From Methanothrix sp. (GTDB lineage: Archaea; Halobacteriota; Methanosarcinia; Methanotrichales; Methanotrichaceae), in assembly GCA_037128175.1 (NCBI GenBank), contig JBAXWY010000008.1, positions 1-64,000 on the forward strand: a stretch of 64,000 bases of DNA, written 5' to 3'. The notes under the pieces were generated by a model. It was not told the origin of the DNA and did no database searches. It saw only the letters and a list, made by a program, of their open reading frames with translations. Both the position numbers and the translations under genes were made by a program. This document shows, piece after piece, positions 29,601-39,086 of this stretch (within the stretch, counting starts at the first letter, position 1; each line of letters opens with the position of its first letter).

Positions 29601-30176
29601 TCACTCTTCGGTGACATAATTAAGGGTCGGCTTATTCTCTTTTGAGGCCTCGCTGGAAGTGAATGCCACAGAAGCGTCATCTTCTGCTACCATTATTATA
29701 GAGTAACCGCACCCATCCACGCAGGTCTGCACCGCCTTCTTGATGATATCAGTCACGTCCCAGGTGTAGCTTCCCGCTTTATCGATATTCACGGGGGAAG
29801 AGTAAACCGTGGCATTGTAATCCTTTTTGTCATACCAGGTCGTTTCTAAAGTCGGTCCCTGCAAGAAGTAAGCCTTGACATTGCCGGGCTTGTCCACCTT
29901 TGTAGCATCAAGGGTCAAGGTCGCGGATGCAATCTGCTCCGGCTTGAAGATTCCCTGTGCGCCGAACATATTGATAACGCTCAAGTAGACCTGTTTTGTG
30001 GGCTCTGCTCCCGCTGATGCGGCCCAGAGTAGATCGTTATCTGTAAAGCTCTGGTTGGCTTGATCCGCATCCACATAGGTATCGACGTCCATCTCGGCTG
30101 TAAAGCTCCCGGCGGCGGCAGTGGCAGCCAGAAGCAGGAATATGCCCATAAGTGCATACAAATATCTCAAATTCAT
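29601..30176 (-). CDS. Secreted DNRLRE/CBM96-like domain protein
   Basis: Signal peptide; DTYV, IASATLTL, YTWDVT and FTSSEA..NKPTL motifs. Confidence 0.7.
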   Translation of the reverse strand: MNLRYLYALMGIFLLLAATAAAGSFTAEMDVDTYVDADQANQSFTDNDLLWAASAGAEPTKQVYLSVINMFGAQGIFKPEQIASATLTLDATKVDKPGNVKAYFLQGPTLETTWYDKKDYNATVYSSPVNIDKAGSYTWDVTDIIKKAVQTCVDGCGYSIIMVAEDDASVAFTSSEASKENKPTLNYVTEE

Positions 30177-30236
30177 TTCCTCCACTAGAGAGTACCTGTA
30201 ATCAAACAAATAAAAAGACGTACGTTCATGTGGAAC

Positions 30237-31145
30237 TTATGTAGGCAATATCCGAAACGTATATTCTCCTTGCAGCGTTACCTTCTTTGCCATTCCTCCA
30301 AACCTCGCCCCCAGGATCAGCTCCCCTATCTCCTCCTTCATCACTCTGGCAATGCCGACGATGGATGTGGTTGGCCGGGCGTTCACATCCACGACCCTGG
30401 GCCGTTCCCCCAACACAAAGTCGATTCCCGCATAGCCGGAGAGGCCCAGCGCCACAGCCGCCCTTCTCGCTTCAGCCCAAATTTCATCAGCGCGGGGCGT
30501 GTTGTAGGGCACCTGGCTTCCCTGGTAGCTCATGCCCTCGCCCCGAAAGTCGATGAGCTGGCGATTGATGGTGAGCGGCAAAAAGCTCCCATCGCCCACG
30601 ATGAAGCTGGCGGACAGGTGCAGCCCCTCATGGTAGCGGGTGACGATCTCCCCGAAACCCGCCCGGGCAAAAGAGGTGACGCGCACGCCCTCTGAGCCAC
30701 AACCCGTGCGCGGCTTAACCACATAACGGTGGCAGCCCTGCTCCACTGGATCGGGCCTATCCACGATCTCAGCCACGGGAACTCCCGCTCGCGCCAGTGC
30801 CTGGGTGCAGAGCAGCTTGTCGGCGCATAGCCGCGCCGCGTCGGGACTTGCCCCCAGGTTCACCGTGTTTTTCTCCAGGATCTCCAGAAGGTGCGGCTGC
30901 AGGTCGTCTGGGGCAATCAGGAGCCCGGCATCCGCTTTGCAGTCCAGGACGCCTTCAAACTCCTCTTCTCCCTTCATGAGAATGGGCCGGCCCGCCTCTA
31001 CAACAGGCCCAAATGTGGGATAAAGCACCTCATGCCCGGCCCTCTCGAAGCTGGTCGCCAGAGTTGCCAGCATGGCTCGCCCCTCCCGCTCGCATGTCCC
31101 GCAAAGGCCAAGGGCGGAGGCGTACTCGGCAATAAGAATCTTCAT
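30237..31145 (-). CDS. ATP-grasp ligase, tyramine--L-glutamate ligase (MfnD)-like
   Basis: ILIAEYA, EGRAML, CADK, KPRTGCGS, TINRQ and DVNARPTTS motifs. Confidence 0.75.
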   Translation of the reverse strand: MKILIAEYASALGLCGTCEREGRAMLATLATSFERAGHEVLYPTFGPVVEAGRPILMKGEEEFEGVLDCKADAGLLIAPDDLQPHLLEILEKNTVNLGASPDAARLCADKLLCTQALARAGVPVAEIVDRPDPVEQGCHRYVVKPRTGCGSEGVRVTSFARAGFGEIVTRYHEGLHLSASFIVGDGSFLPLTINRQLIDFRGEGMSYQGSQVPYNTPRADEIWAEARRAAVALGLSGYAGIDFVLGERPRVVDVNARPTTSIVGIARVMKEEIGELILGARFGGMAKKVTLQGEYTFRILPT

Positions 31146-31217
31146 GGATACAATTGCGGCCCAAACGTACTTAATCCTAGGCTTTATATGCGCGGGTAAA
31201 AAAATGCAATTTCACGA

Positions 31218-31625
31218 TCATTTTTCGAGAGATCCGCTTCTCTTGATTAAATAGTACCCCAAAGACAGCGATATTATGATAGCTGAAAGCCCGAGCAGTC
31301 CCATATCATCCGTACCGTCGTTTATCTCCATGATGATGACTTTTCTGGCCATAACGATCAAGGCCACCAGCAATACACTCAGGACGTTAACCGTCTTATC
31401 CCGTTGAAAGGTCTTGAAGGTCTCCAGAAGCTCCACTCCGATGAGCACTAATAGGATGCTTCCGAAAAAGCTCAATAGCTCGGCAGTCTGCAGGCTTAAA
31501 GGAGGGAATATTAGGTATTTGGCCAGGGTGTAGATCACATCTAAAGTGGCCACAAGCGTTACAATTGCCATTGTCCAAATTAATAATGTAAATATTATAT
31601 TCTGAAAACGTTCAAGGTATTTCAT
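31218..31625 (-). CDS. PsiE family membrane protein
   Basis: LLVLIGVELLET and VALIVMARKVII motifs. Confidence 0.85.
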   Translation of the reverse strand: MKYLERFQNIIFTLLIWTMAIVTLVATLDVIYTLAKYLIFPPLSLQTAELLSFFGSILLVLIGVELLETFKTFQRDKTVNVLSVLLVALIVMARKVIIMEINDGTDDMGLLGLSAIIISLSLGYYLIKRSGSLEK

Positions 31626-31920
31626 AAATCTGAGCCCATCACCTCAATCTCGCTTCACTCGCTTCACGCACCATGTGGTAAAATGTTAGATGTTAAATAT
31701 AAAGTTATTTCTTTTTTGGAGGGCCATAATCAAATGCATCGCTCTCGGAGCCCTCGAAAAAAGCACCGAAGCCAAAGCCGCTTTCGCCAGAGCCATGAGC
31801 TGGGCTATGCGAGCCAATACTCGCTTTCGAGTAGTGCGGGTGACCTGTAATCCATCACTCTTTTTTTGATATGCTTTGAACTGCTGGAGTACTATGTCGG
31901 GCTCTCGACCGCCAACTACA

Positions 31921-31932
31921 AATATTTATAAC
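31921..31932 (+). promoter_or_regulatory. Candidate TATA box for the downstream structured RNA
   Basis: TTTATAA at 31925-31931, about 25 nt upstream of the GC-rich structured segment. Confidence 0.45.
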
Positions 31933-31954
31933 GATTATACAAGTAATTAGTCAC

Positions 31955-32410
31955 TTCATGCCATGATAGGGTGGCGGGCGTGCCGTGGGCTTAACGTATC
32001 CGATAATGCTCTGATGACAAGGAAGCTTTTTCCTTGGTACAGGAGATGCATGCCTTCGTGGCACTGCATTTGGCTACGGGCCTGTGGGGCTGAAACTCCG
32101 GCTGGCTGAAAAAGTTGCGCGCTGTAACTGGCGCAGTAATCTGCCGGGAGTCTCACGCTAATACACGGTCGGGGCATGTTGCGGCACAAGTAGAACGGAG
32201 TAGAAGGCGAGAGGGCGAGCATCATGGCCCCATGAGAAAAGGGTTCCGGTAATTCGGACGCTGTGTGAGATTCCAGCGCGCTGCCGCCTTCGAGCTGGTT
32301 TAATGTCGGGTTTCGGGCAGGTCCAGGCCATCACTTCGGTGAATGGCTCCAGCCTGTTGGGGCGTTGCGGATCGACGCTGGCCTGCCCAGAGACTTCGGT
32401 TATGCTATTT
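31955..32410 (+). ncRNA. Putative large structured non-coding RNA, family unassigned
   Basis: Multiple helices with G-U pairs on the + strand, two cUUCGg loops, a multiway junction closed by GGGCAGG/CCTGCCC, an upstream TATA box and a downstream T-rich tract. Confidence 0.6.
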
Positions 32411-32419
32411 TGTAAGTTT

Positions 32420-33256
32420 TTAAACCAATGGCCGGGGCTGCTTCTTCTCGGGCAAAACCGGCAGAGACATGGTATTTATCAGAAGCGGCTGTTCTACATC
32501 CTTGGCTCTCTCCACCAGCAGCTCCTTGCCCCAGCGTGTCAGGCCGAAGAGCGGCACGGCGGTTCCCACCTGCACCAGAGGCTTTACCTGCTCACGAATG
32601 TGCTTTGAGGCGCAGGCGGTAACAATATCGGCTACAGCCAAAAGCCTCGCCGCATCTTCTCTGCTTAGGGCGGTGAGATGAACACCCACAATCATTATCC
32701 GAACTCTCGTCGTCTTCTCCAGCTCTCGCAGCTTTTCCGCAGATGCTGCATCGGCTACCGTGACGGCAAATTTCTTGTACCCGGCCGCTGCCGCATAGGC
32801 CGCCCCTTCTATCTGGTCTATCTTGCCGTCCTGGGGGGAGAGCACATGCCCATCCCTGGCCCGGATGCCTTCGATTACCTCTGGTATGGGATCGGTCTTA
32901 ACAAGTCCAGATATGTAGCCGCCCATGCCCTGAACCAGATCGGCATTGGCTGTTATCACGCTGCCCGCTCCATCGCAAACGGTAACTGCTGCGTCGATAA
33001 TTCCTGTCTTTATGCCGGTCATCATGGACTCGGAGGCCCCAAAGCCCACGAAGATGCCCATCTGCAGCTTGCGCCGCGCCGAGAACATACCGTGATTTTT
33101 TATTCTAAACTCCATATTTGCAGCCGCCGATTCAGCAGTCACTTTTTTTATGCCCCTGATCTTGTCGAAGAGCGGACACCACTCAATCAAGGGCTCGCTC
33201 GCATCCAGAACCTTTTCGCCTTCCACTTTGACGCGAGATTTGCCTAATAGCTCCAT
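32420..33256 (-). CDS. DUF2099 family methanogenesis marker protein
   Basis: MELLGKSRV, CPLF, FGASE, VCDGAG, VQGMGG.ISGL and GVH motifs. The ORF can extend to 33265. Confidence 0.85.
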   Translation of the reverse strand: MELLGKSRVKVEGEKVLDASEPLIEWCPLFDKIRGIKKVTAESAAANMEFRIKNHGMFSARRKLQMGIFVGFGASESMMTGIKTGIIDAAVTVCDGAGSVITANADLVQGMGGYISGLVKTDPIPEVIEGIRARDGHVLSPQDGKIDQIEGAAYAAAAGYKKFAVTVADAASAEKLRELEKTTRVRIMIVGVHLTALSREDAARLLAVADIVTACASKHIREQVKPLVQVGTAVPLFGLTRWGKELLVERAKDVEQPLLINTMSLPVLPEKKQPRPLV

Positions 33257-33415
33257 TATGTGCATTTAGTCCACCAAAGAAATGTAAAAGCTACTCTCAC
33301 TTCAGCCTTGCGGGCAAAAATTCATACATATAAAAAAATAATTAATAAGATACGCAGGTTTTTCACCTCAATGGAATTATTTTCGACGAAACTTATATAT
33401 ATGTTATCACTCTTT

Positions 33416-33811
33416 ATGCGCCTGGTGACCGCTTTGAATACATCAACCGCCTCAGACCTGAAAGTAGAGCGCGATGAATTTGCATCCATACTCATGAAGG
33501 TAGGCCTGAAAAGGAACGTGGCCAAAGTTTTGACCTATCTGGCAGGGATGGCAGAGGCAACATCTCGCGAGATAGAGATTGGATCGGATCTTCGCCAACC
33601 GGAAGTGAGCATTGCCATGCGGGAGATTCGAAAACTGGACTGGATTGCAGAGAGGGACGAGAAAAATCCAGGAAAGGGACGACCATATCGCATTTACAAG
33701 TTAAATAGAAGCCTTCCTGAAATTGTCGATTACCTGGAGAATGAGAAGTCAAAGGAATCCGAGAAGATGATGAGGCAGATTGAAAAGCTCAAATCCTTGA
33801 GGGCCAATTGA
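33416..33811 (+). CDS. Winged-helix (ArsR/MarR-like) transcriptional regulator
   Basis: SREIEIGSDLRQPEVSIAM and GKGRP motifs. Start at ATG 33416 or TTG 33434. Confidence 0.85.
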   Translation: MRLVTALNTSTASDLKVERDEFASILMKVGLKRNVAKVLTYLAGMAEATSREIEIGSDLRQPEVSIAMREIRKLDWIAERDEKNPGKGRPYRIYKLNRSLPEIVDYLENEKSKESEKMMRQIEKLKSLRAN

Positions 33812-33893
33812 ACCGCACAACATTTTCTTTTCTATATGCCAAAAACTATATACTGATTGATCACTAGAATAAGGCAGAACAAAAGTAGAGGGG

Positions 33894-35012
33894 ATGGAGA
33901 TTAAGTACATCATCGACGAAGCCCTGGGCAGATCTGAGGCCGAGAGCAGGATCAAGCCTTCCAGCATGATCCAGAGCGATGAAGAGCTGGTTATGGTTTT
34001 AGAAGAGCTGACCACGGTTATCCGAGTTATAGGATGCGGTGGAGGCGGCTCGAATACTATCGACCGTCTGGCAGAGTGCGGCATCCAGGGTGCGGAGCTG
34101 TTTGCCATCAATACCGATGCCCAGCATCTTTTGCACATCAATGCCGACCGACGTTTCCTTATTGGCAGGCGCACCACACGCGGCCTGGGGGCAGGAAGCC
34201 TGCCCGCCATCGGAGAGGAGGCAGCCCAGGAGGATATCGATGAGATTAAAGCCTCCGTGGAAGGAGCAGATATGGTCTTCGTTACCTGTGGACTTGGCGG
34301 TGGCACGGGCACAGGGGCCTCTCCCGTAGTAGCGGAAGCCGCACGCGAGGCAGGGGCTCTCACCATTGCCATCGTCACTATCCCCTTCAGTGCAGAAGGC
34401 TCCATCAGAATGCAGAATGCCGAAGCCGGCCTGAAAAGACTGCGAGAGGTTTCGGACACAGTAATTGTGGTGCCCAATGACCGGCTCTTAGATGTGGTCC
34501 CCAACCTCCCCTTGCAGGCCGCGTTCAAAGTCGCCGATGAGGTGCTGATGCGCTCCGTCAAGGGCATCACTGAGCTGATCACCCGGCCCGGGCTAATCAA
34601 TCTGGACTTTGCCGATGTCAGAACTGTCATGACCAACGGCGGCGTGGCCATGATCGGCATGGGCGAGGCAGAAGGCGAGGAGAAGGCACGCGACTCCGTC
34701 ATGAAGGCTCTAAGAAGCCCTCTTCTGGATGTGGATGTATCGGGCGCGACCTCGGCCCTGGTAAACGTGGTGGGTGGCCCGGACATGACTATCACCGATG
34801 CCGAAACGGTGGTAGATGAGGTCTACCAGAAGATCAATCCCGATGCTCGCATAATCTGGGGCGCGCAGATAGACCCGAACCTGGAGCATACTCTGCGAAC
34901 CATGCTTGTGGTCACAGGTGTATCGTCCCCGCAAATACTGGGAAAGGACACAAACCGGCGTGTTACATCCAGGCATGGCATAGACTTTCTACCTCGCCGG
35001 GCACGCTACTGA
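33894..35012 (+). CDS. ftsZ: Cell division protein FtsZ
   Basis: [24 protein letters not shown] and NLDFADV motifs. Confidence 0.97.
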   Translation: MEIKYIIDEALGRSEAESRIKPSSMIQSDEELVMVLEELTTVIRVIGCGGGGSNTIDRLAECGIQGAELFAINTDAQHLLHINADRRFLIGRRTTRGLGAGSLPAIGEEAAQEDIDEIKASVEGADMVFVTCGLGGGTGTGASPVVAEAAREAGALTIAIVTIPFSAEGSIRMQNAEAGLKRLREVSDTVIVVPNDRLLDVVPNLPLQAAFKVADEVLMRSVKGITELITRPGLINLDFADVRTVMTNGGVAMIGMGEAEGEEKARDSVMKALRSPLLDVDVSGATSALVNVVGGPDMTITDAETVVDEVYQKINPDARIIWGAQIDPNLEHTLRTMLVVTGVSSPQILGKDTNRRVTSRHGIDFLPRRARY

Positions 35013-35020
35013 GAGCGGAT

Positions 35021-35329
35021 GTGATAGTAATTCTGACCGAGAAGGTGAGCGGTGAGCTTGAGATGCTGCAACGGCACCTGGTCATCCTCAAGCAAGTGGT
35101 GGAGAACGAGCCCATAGGTATCCTCAAACTGGCAGAGGAGACAAAGATACCCAGCCACAAGGTACGTTATTCCCTGCGGGTTTTAGAACAGGAAGGATTA
35201 ATCAAGGCTTCTGCTCCGGGAGCGGTGACCACGGAGGAAACCCAATCTTTTCTAAAAGAGCTGGATGGCATGATTGAGAATCTGGCCAAGCGGACAGAGG
35301 ATCTGTTAAAGGTCAAGATCGCGAGGTAA
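35021..35329 (+). CDS. Small winged-helix protein
   Basis: PIGILKLAEET...HKVRYSLRVLEQEGLI. Confidence 0.8.
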   Translation: MIVILTEKVSGELEMLQRHLVILKQVVENEPIGILKLAEETKIPSHKVRYSLRVLEQEGLIKASAPGAVTTEETQSFLKELDGMIENLAKRTEDLLKVKIAR

Positions 35330-36610
35330 ATGCGTTATTCTCGAATTGCACAGGCCTTGCAAGAGATCTCCCTGGCCCCGCGTAGCCTTAAAGTCAATCT
35401 GGCGGCGGGTCTTCTCTCTGAAATCGAGCCTACGCCAAAGATGCTCTGTCCAGTCGTGCGGTTGCTTTTAGGAGAATTGTGGCCACCCTGGGAAGGGAGG
35501 GATATGGGCATAGGCCCGGAGGCCCTCATGGCGGCATTGGCAGAGGTATCTGACCACGATCTACCTTCCCTGCGAGAGAGATATATTGATATGGGAATGG
35601 TGGCCGAGGCGGCGCTGGGGCAGAAAGGGCAGCATTCCCTTTTTCCGGGTCCTCTCGAAGCCATATCTGTTTATGAAAAGCTTCGGCACATCTCTGCCAT
35701 GCACGGCAAGGAATCGGAGCAGCGCAAGAATGCTTTGCTTAGAGGCCTATTTTTGGAAGCCACGCCCCTGGAAGGAAAGTACATTGCACGCACGGCTCTA
35801 CGAAACATGCAGGTTGGCATCGGGCATAAGACCATGATTGCCGCACTCTCTTCCTCACTGCACTGCGACCAGGAGAATATTCGCCATGCTTATGGCATCA
35901 TGCCGGATCTGGGCAGCATTGCCGCGATGGCCCAAAGCCAGAAGCTGGGAAGTATAGTAATTCAGCCCAGGGTTCCAATCCGATTCATGGCCATTCGCAC
36001 CGGCAAGATCGTGATTCCCGGTGCCTTTCTGCCCAAGTATCCTGGCTTGAGGGTGCAGGTCCATAAAATAAAAAATGAAGTTCTGATCTTCACATCACAA
36101 TTGCGAAATATCACCGTTGTTCTGAACGACATACCTCGGCTACTTGGGAAAATAGAATCGGATTTTGTTGCAGATGCCGACCTTATAGGCTTTCATGATA
36201 AGGATAAAGGGATTTGCAGCCAGGCAGAAATGCTAAGGTACATCAATCGCCGTCGCCTCTCTCGAAAAAGCAACATTCATCCAGCTCTCTTGGCCTATGA
36301 CCTCATCGCCCTGCAAGGAGAGGACATTTGCAGTATGCCTTATCAGGATCGACGAAAGAGGCTTTTATCAATACTTGGCGAGCCCAAAGCCATGCCCTTT
36401 CCGGGAATATCTCCGGCCTATGAAGAAGTCCTTATGGATAAAGGCGCAGTAGATGAATTTCGGAGCAAGGCAGAGATTGCCGGGGCCAGGGCATTGCTAG
36501 GGCGAGATCTTCAGGCCGCCTATCGCCTCGGCATAGTTGCCGAGCAGGATTTCATCATCAGAGAGGATGCGGATGATCTGGATCGGCTGGAGAAGATCTG
36601 CCGCGCATGA
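35330..36610 (+). CDS. ATP-dependent DNA ligase-like protein, degenerate and lacking the OB domain
   Basis: Ligase N-terminal domain (EGKYIAR...VGIG), KYPGLRVQVHK, AYDLI and RRKRL; the protein ends at about motif V. Confidence 0.75.
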   Translation: MRYSRIAQALQEISLAPRSLKVNLAAGLLSEIEPTPKMLCPVVRLLLGELWPPWEGRDMGIGPEALMAALAEVSDHDLPSLRERYIDMGMVAEAALGQKGQHSLFPGPLEAISVYEKLRHISAMHGKESEQRKNALLRGLFLEATPLEGKYIARTALRNMQVGIGHKTMIAALSSSLHCDQENIRHAYGIMPDLGSIAAMAQSQKLGSIVIQPRVPIRFMAIRTGKIVIPGAFLPKYPGLRVQVHKIKNEVLIFTSQLRNITVVLNDIPRLLGKIESDFVADADLIGFHDKDKGICSQAEMLRYINRRRLSRKSNIHPALLAYDLIALQGEDICSMPYQDRRKRLLSILGEPKAMPFPGISPAYEEVLMDKGAVDEFRSKAEIAGARALLGRDLQAAYRLGIVAEQDFIIREDADDLDRLEKICRA

Positions 36611-37533
36611 TCCTACGACCCTTTGACCCCTGGAAGAGCCCGCTATGCACCTGCCCGGCCAAGCTGAGTCTGAATCCCTACACAGGATGCCCGCATGGAT
36701 GCCTTTACTGCTATGCTTCATCCTATATCCCCCGTTTTGCAGAATGCCGCCCCAAGGTCGATCTCCTAAAACGCCTGGCCAGAGAGTCATCCAAGATCCC
36801 GCCCGGCACCATGGTGGCATTGTCCAATAGCTCCGATCCTTATCCTCCCCAGGAAAAGGAGCTGCGGCTCACGAGGGGATGTTTGCAGATCCTAAAAGAG
36901 CAGGGTCTCTGTGTTCAGGTGGTGACCAAGTCGCATCTGGTGGCCCAGGATGCAGATCTATTGGCCGAAATGGATGCCTGTGTGGCCATAACCGTCACTA
37001 CTTTGCAGGACTCAATCTGCCGCAGACTGGAGCCGGGTGCGCCACTGCCGGCAAAGCGCCTAGATGCCATGGCGAAGCTGGCGAAAAAGGGTGTTGCCGT
37101 CTCGGCCAGAATTGATCCCATCATCCCCGGCATCAACGATGAGGAGATCGATGATCTGGTACTTGCCGTCTCACGAGCCGGAGCCGGGCACATAACCTCA
37201 TCGACTTTTAAGGCCCGGTCAGGAAGCATGAAGACGATCATCTCCGCCTTTCCCCAAGAGGGGGCGGCAATAGATGGCCTGTTTAGGTGGGGCGGCAAAG
37301 TTGCCGGAAGCTGTTACCTTCCGGCAGGGATAAGAATCGATCTGATGCAGAGGGTAAAAGAGAATGCCGAGCGAGGGGGCGTGACGTTCTCTACTTGCCG
37401 GGAAGGATGGGCAAAAGTTCCGGGAATTAGCTGCGATGGGTCACATTTATTAGACCTACTAAAACACAAAAATAATACAGATCGCCAAAATGCCGGGATG
37501 GTTTTTGCCGCCGGCTCGCCAGAACAGCCCTGA
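36607..37533 (+). CDS. Radical SAM protein (SPL/Rv2578c-like)
   Basis: LNPYTGCPHGCLYCYA, SDPYP, VTKS and LEPGAP motifs. Confidence 0.88.
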   Translation: MILRPFDPWKSPLCTCPAKLSLNPYTGCPHGCLYCYASSYIPRFAECRPKVDLLKRLARESSKIPPGTMVALSNSSDPYPPQEKELRLTRGCLQILKEQGLCVQVVTKSHLVAQDADLLAEMDACVAITVTTLQDSICRRLEPGAPLPAKRLDAMAKLAKKGVAVSARIDPIIPGINDEEIDDLVLAVSRAGAGHITSSTFKARSGSMKTIISAFPQEGAAIDGLFRWGGKVAGSCYLPAGIRIDLMQRVKENAERGGVTFSTCREGWAKVPGISCDGSHLLDLLKHKNNTDRQNAGMVFAAGSPEQP

Positions 37534-37703
37534 CGAAGAGAACGAAGGCGTAAATGCGATGCCGTCCCTTAATTGTGGTCTTCGTCCATGAAAGTCTATT
37601 TATATGAAGAATAACTAGACTTGACGACAATTCTTCTCAAAGGGGAGGATGTTCAAGCTACAGTCATAAATGCTATGCGCTAGTGGAATAGGAGGTATTC
37701 AGT

Positions 37704-38522
37704 ATGAGGAAAATTTTGGCTATCACTGTGGCCCTCATGATCGCAGCCATCGTTTTAATGCCTGCTTTGGGGTACACTAATCAAGCTGCAGGAAATCAGT
37801 CTTACACTGCAAAATCAGGAAATCAAGTCGAACACAGCTTCAAAACATTGAATGTTCCCGCCCATAACCTGACTCCAGATATGGTGGCAAACAAGTATTC
37901 TTTCAAGTCCGCCGCAGTTCAGAGTACCAGGATGCCCTACTCGTTCCAGCTGGGAGCTGCCACACCCTACTCCCTTAAGCTGGTAGGTGTCGAGAATGCT
38001 GTTGCACAGGGAATGCAGACCGTGAAGCCTATAGCAAAGCTGGGCAGCATGAATAAGGTGGATGAAACACAGCCAGTTGCTGCGCCAGTGGTTGAACCTG
38101 TAGCTGAGCCCGTTGCAGCGCCAGAGGTTGCGTCCACATTCTCTATTGAGGGAATGGTCGTAGATAATAATCAAACTGGCTTGGCCGGTTGGACCATAAA
38201 CCTGACAAAGGATGAAGCAGTTATCAATAGCGTTCCCACAGCCGCGGACGGCAAGTTTGCCTTCCCAGACCTGGCTGCTGGTGAGTACACCGTCTCCGAG
38301 GTCCCCATGGAGGGCTGGAGCGTAATCACCCCGGCAGAGGGCAAGTCTGTATTGAACATCACCAATGCCAGCGTGACCGACCTGGTATTCGTCAATCAGC
38401 TTGTGCCAGTTGTTGTAGCTGTACCAGAGGCAGTCGTGCCCGTGGTTGCGGAGAACGTGACCGCTCTAGCCAATGGCACTACACTCATCAACGCTACTGA
38501 AACGATCAATGCCACTGTGTAG
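37704..38522 (+). CDS. Secreted protein with a SdrD-B/Cna-B-like domain
   Basis: Signal peptide, Pro/Ala/Val/Glu linker, GLAGWTINL and DGKFAFPDLAAGEYTVSE. Confidence 0.8.
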   Translation: MRKILAITVALMIAAIVLMPALGYTNQAAGNQSYTAKSGNQVEHSFKTLNVPAHNLTPDMVANKYSFKSAAVQSTRMPYSFQLGAATPYSLKLVGVENAVAQGMQTVKPIAKLGSMNKVDETQPVAAPVVEPVAEPVAAPEVASTFSIEGMVVDNNQTGLAGWTINLTKDEAVINSVPTAADGKFAFPDLAAGEYTVSEVPMEGWSVITPAEGKSVLNITNASVTDLVFVNQLVPVVVAVPEAVVPVVAENVTALANGTTLINATETINATV

Positions 38523-38552
38523 GATCGGAAAAAAACAATCTAATAAATCATG

Positions 38553-38590
38553 ACCCTGGTTCTCCAGGGCCCCTCTTTTCGTTTTTCTTT
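38553..38590 (+). terminator. Hairpin followed by a T-rich tract
   Basis: CCCTGG-TTCT-CCAGGG followed by CTCTTTTCGTTTTTCTTT. Confidence 0.45.
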
Positions 38591-38660
38591 CGCGCCATTC
38601 AACCAACAATCTTTCATAGGTTGAAGGATAAGAAGTTAATGATTATTTTGGGGGATATTT

Positions 38661-39029
38661 GTGAAAACAAGAAAATTATGGATGCTATCTGGCCTCCTTG
38701 TATTGATACTGGCAGCACCAGTCTATGCCCAAGGATTTTACGGGTCCGGCCCCTGCGAGGCGAGAAATGCCATCGAAGCCTACTGCGTGAATCATGGTGG
38801 ATGTCCTAAAGACGGATATTGCAATTTTCCGGACGGCAGCTTCTGTGAGCTTCGCTCCTTTTACAACGGAACCTGCCCGGGACGAGAATACTACGAGCAG
38901 GCCTTGTGGATGACAGAGGCCTACAACTTCCTTTACAGCGACTGGGGATACAGCCCAATGCCCAATATGTACCCTAATAATTACCCCTATTACTATCGGC
39001 CAACTTATGCACCGGGATATGGCATGTAG
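38661..39029 (+). CDS. Secreted DUF333-like Cys-rich protein
   Basis: Signal peptide; YCVNHGG and GYCNFPDGSFCE motifs. Confidence 0.7.
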   Translation: MKTRKLWMLSGLLVLILAAPVYAQGFYGSGPCEARNAIEAYCVNHGGCPKDGYCNFPDGSFCELRSFYNGTCPGREYYEQALWMTEAYNFLYSDWGYSPMPNMYPNNYPYYYRPTYAPGYGM

Positions 39030-39086
39030 TAATTGTAGGGATGAATTTCGCCGGAAAAGGCAAGATGCCTTTCCGGCCATTTTTGA

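Noticed and set aside
32010-32040. Hammerhead-like CTGATGA followed by a hairpin
   Set aside because: The hairpin is followed by GTAC rather than the required GAAA.
31956-32225. 89-aa minus-strand ORF (and the 101-aa ORF at 32303-32608)
   Set aside because: No recognisable motifs; they overlap the structured segment or the DUF2099 gene and are probably spurious.
31955-32410. RNase P, SRP RNA, group I/II intron, cobalamin or FMN riboswitch as the identity of the structured segment
   Set aside because: Only isolated fragments resemble these (CAGAGACT, GTGAGATTCC); the hallmark conserved elements were not found in order on either strand.
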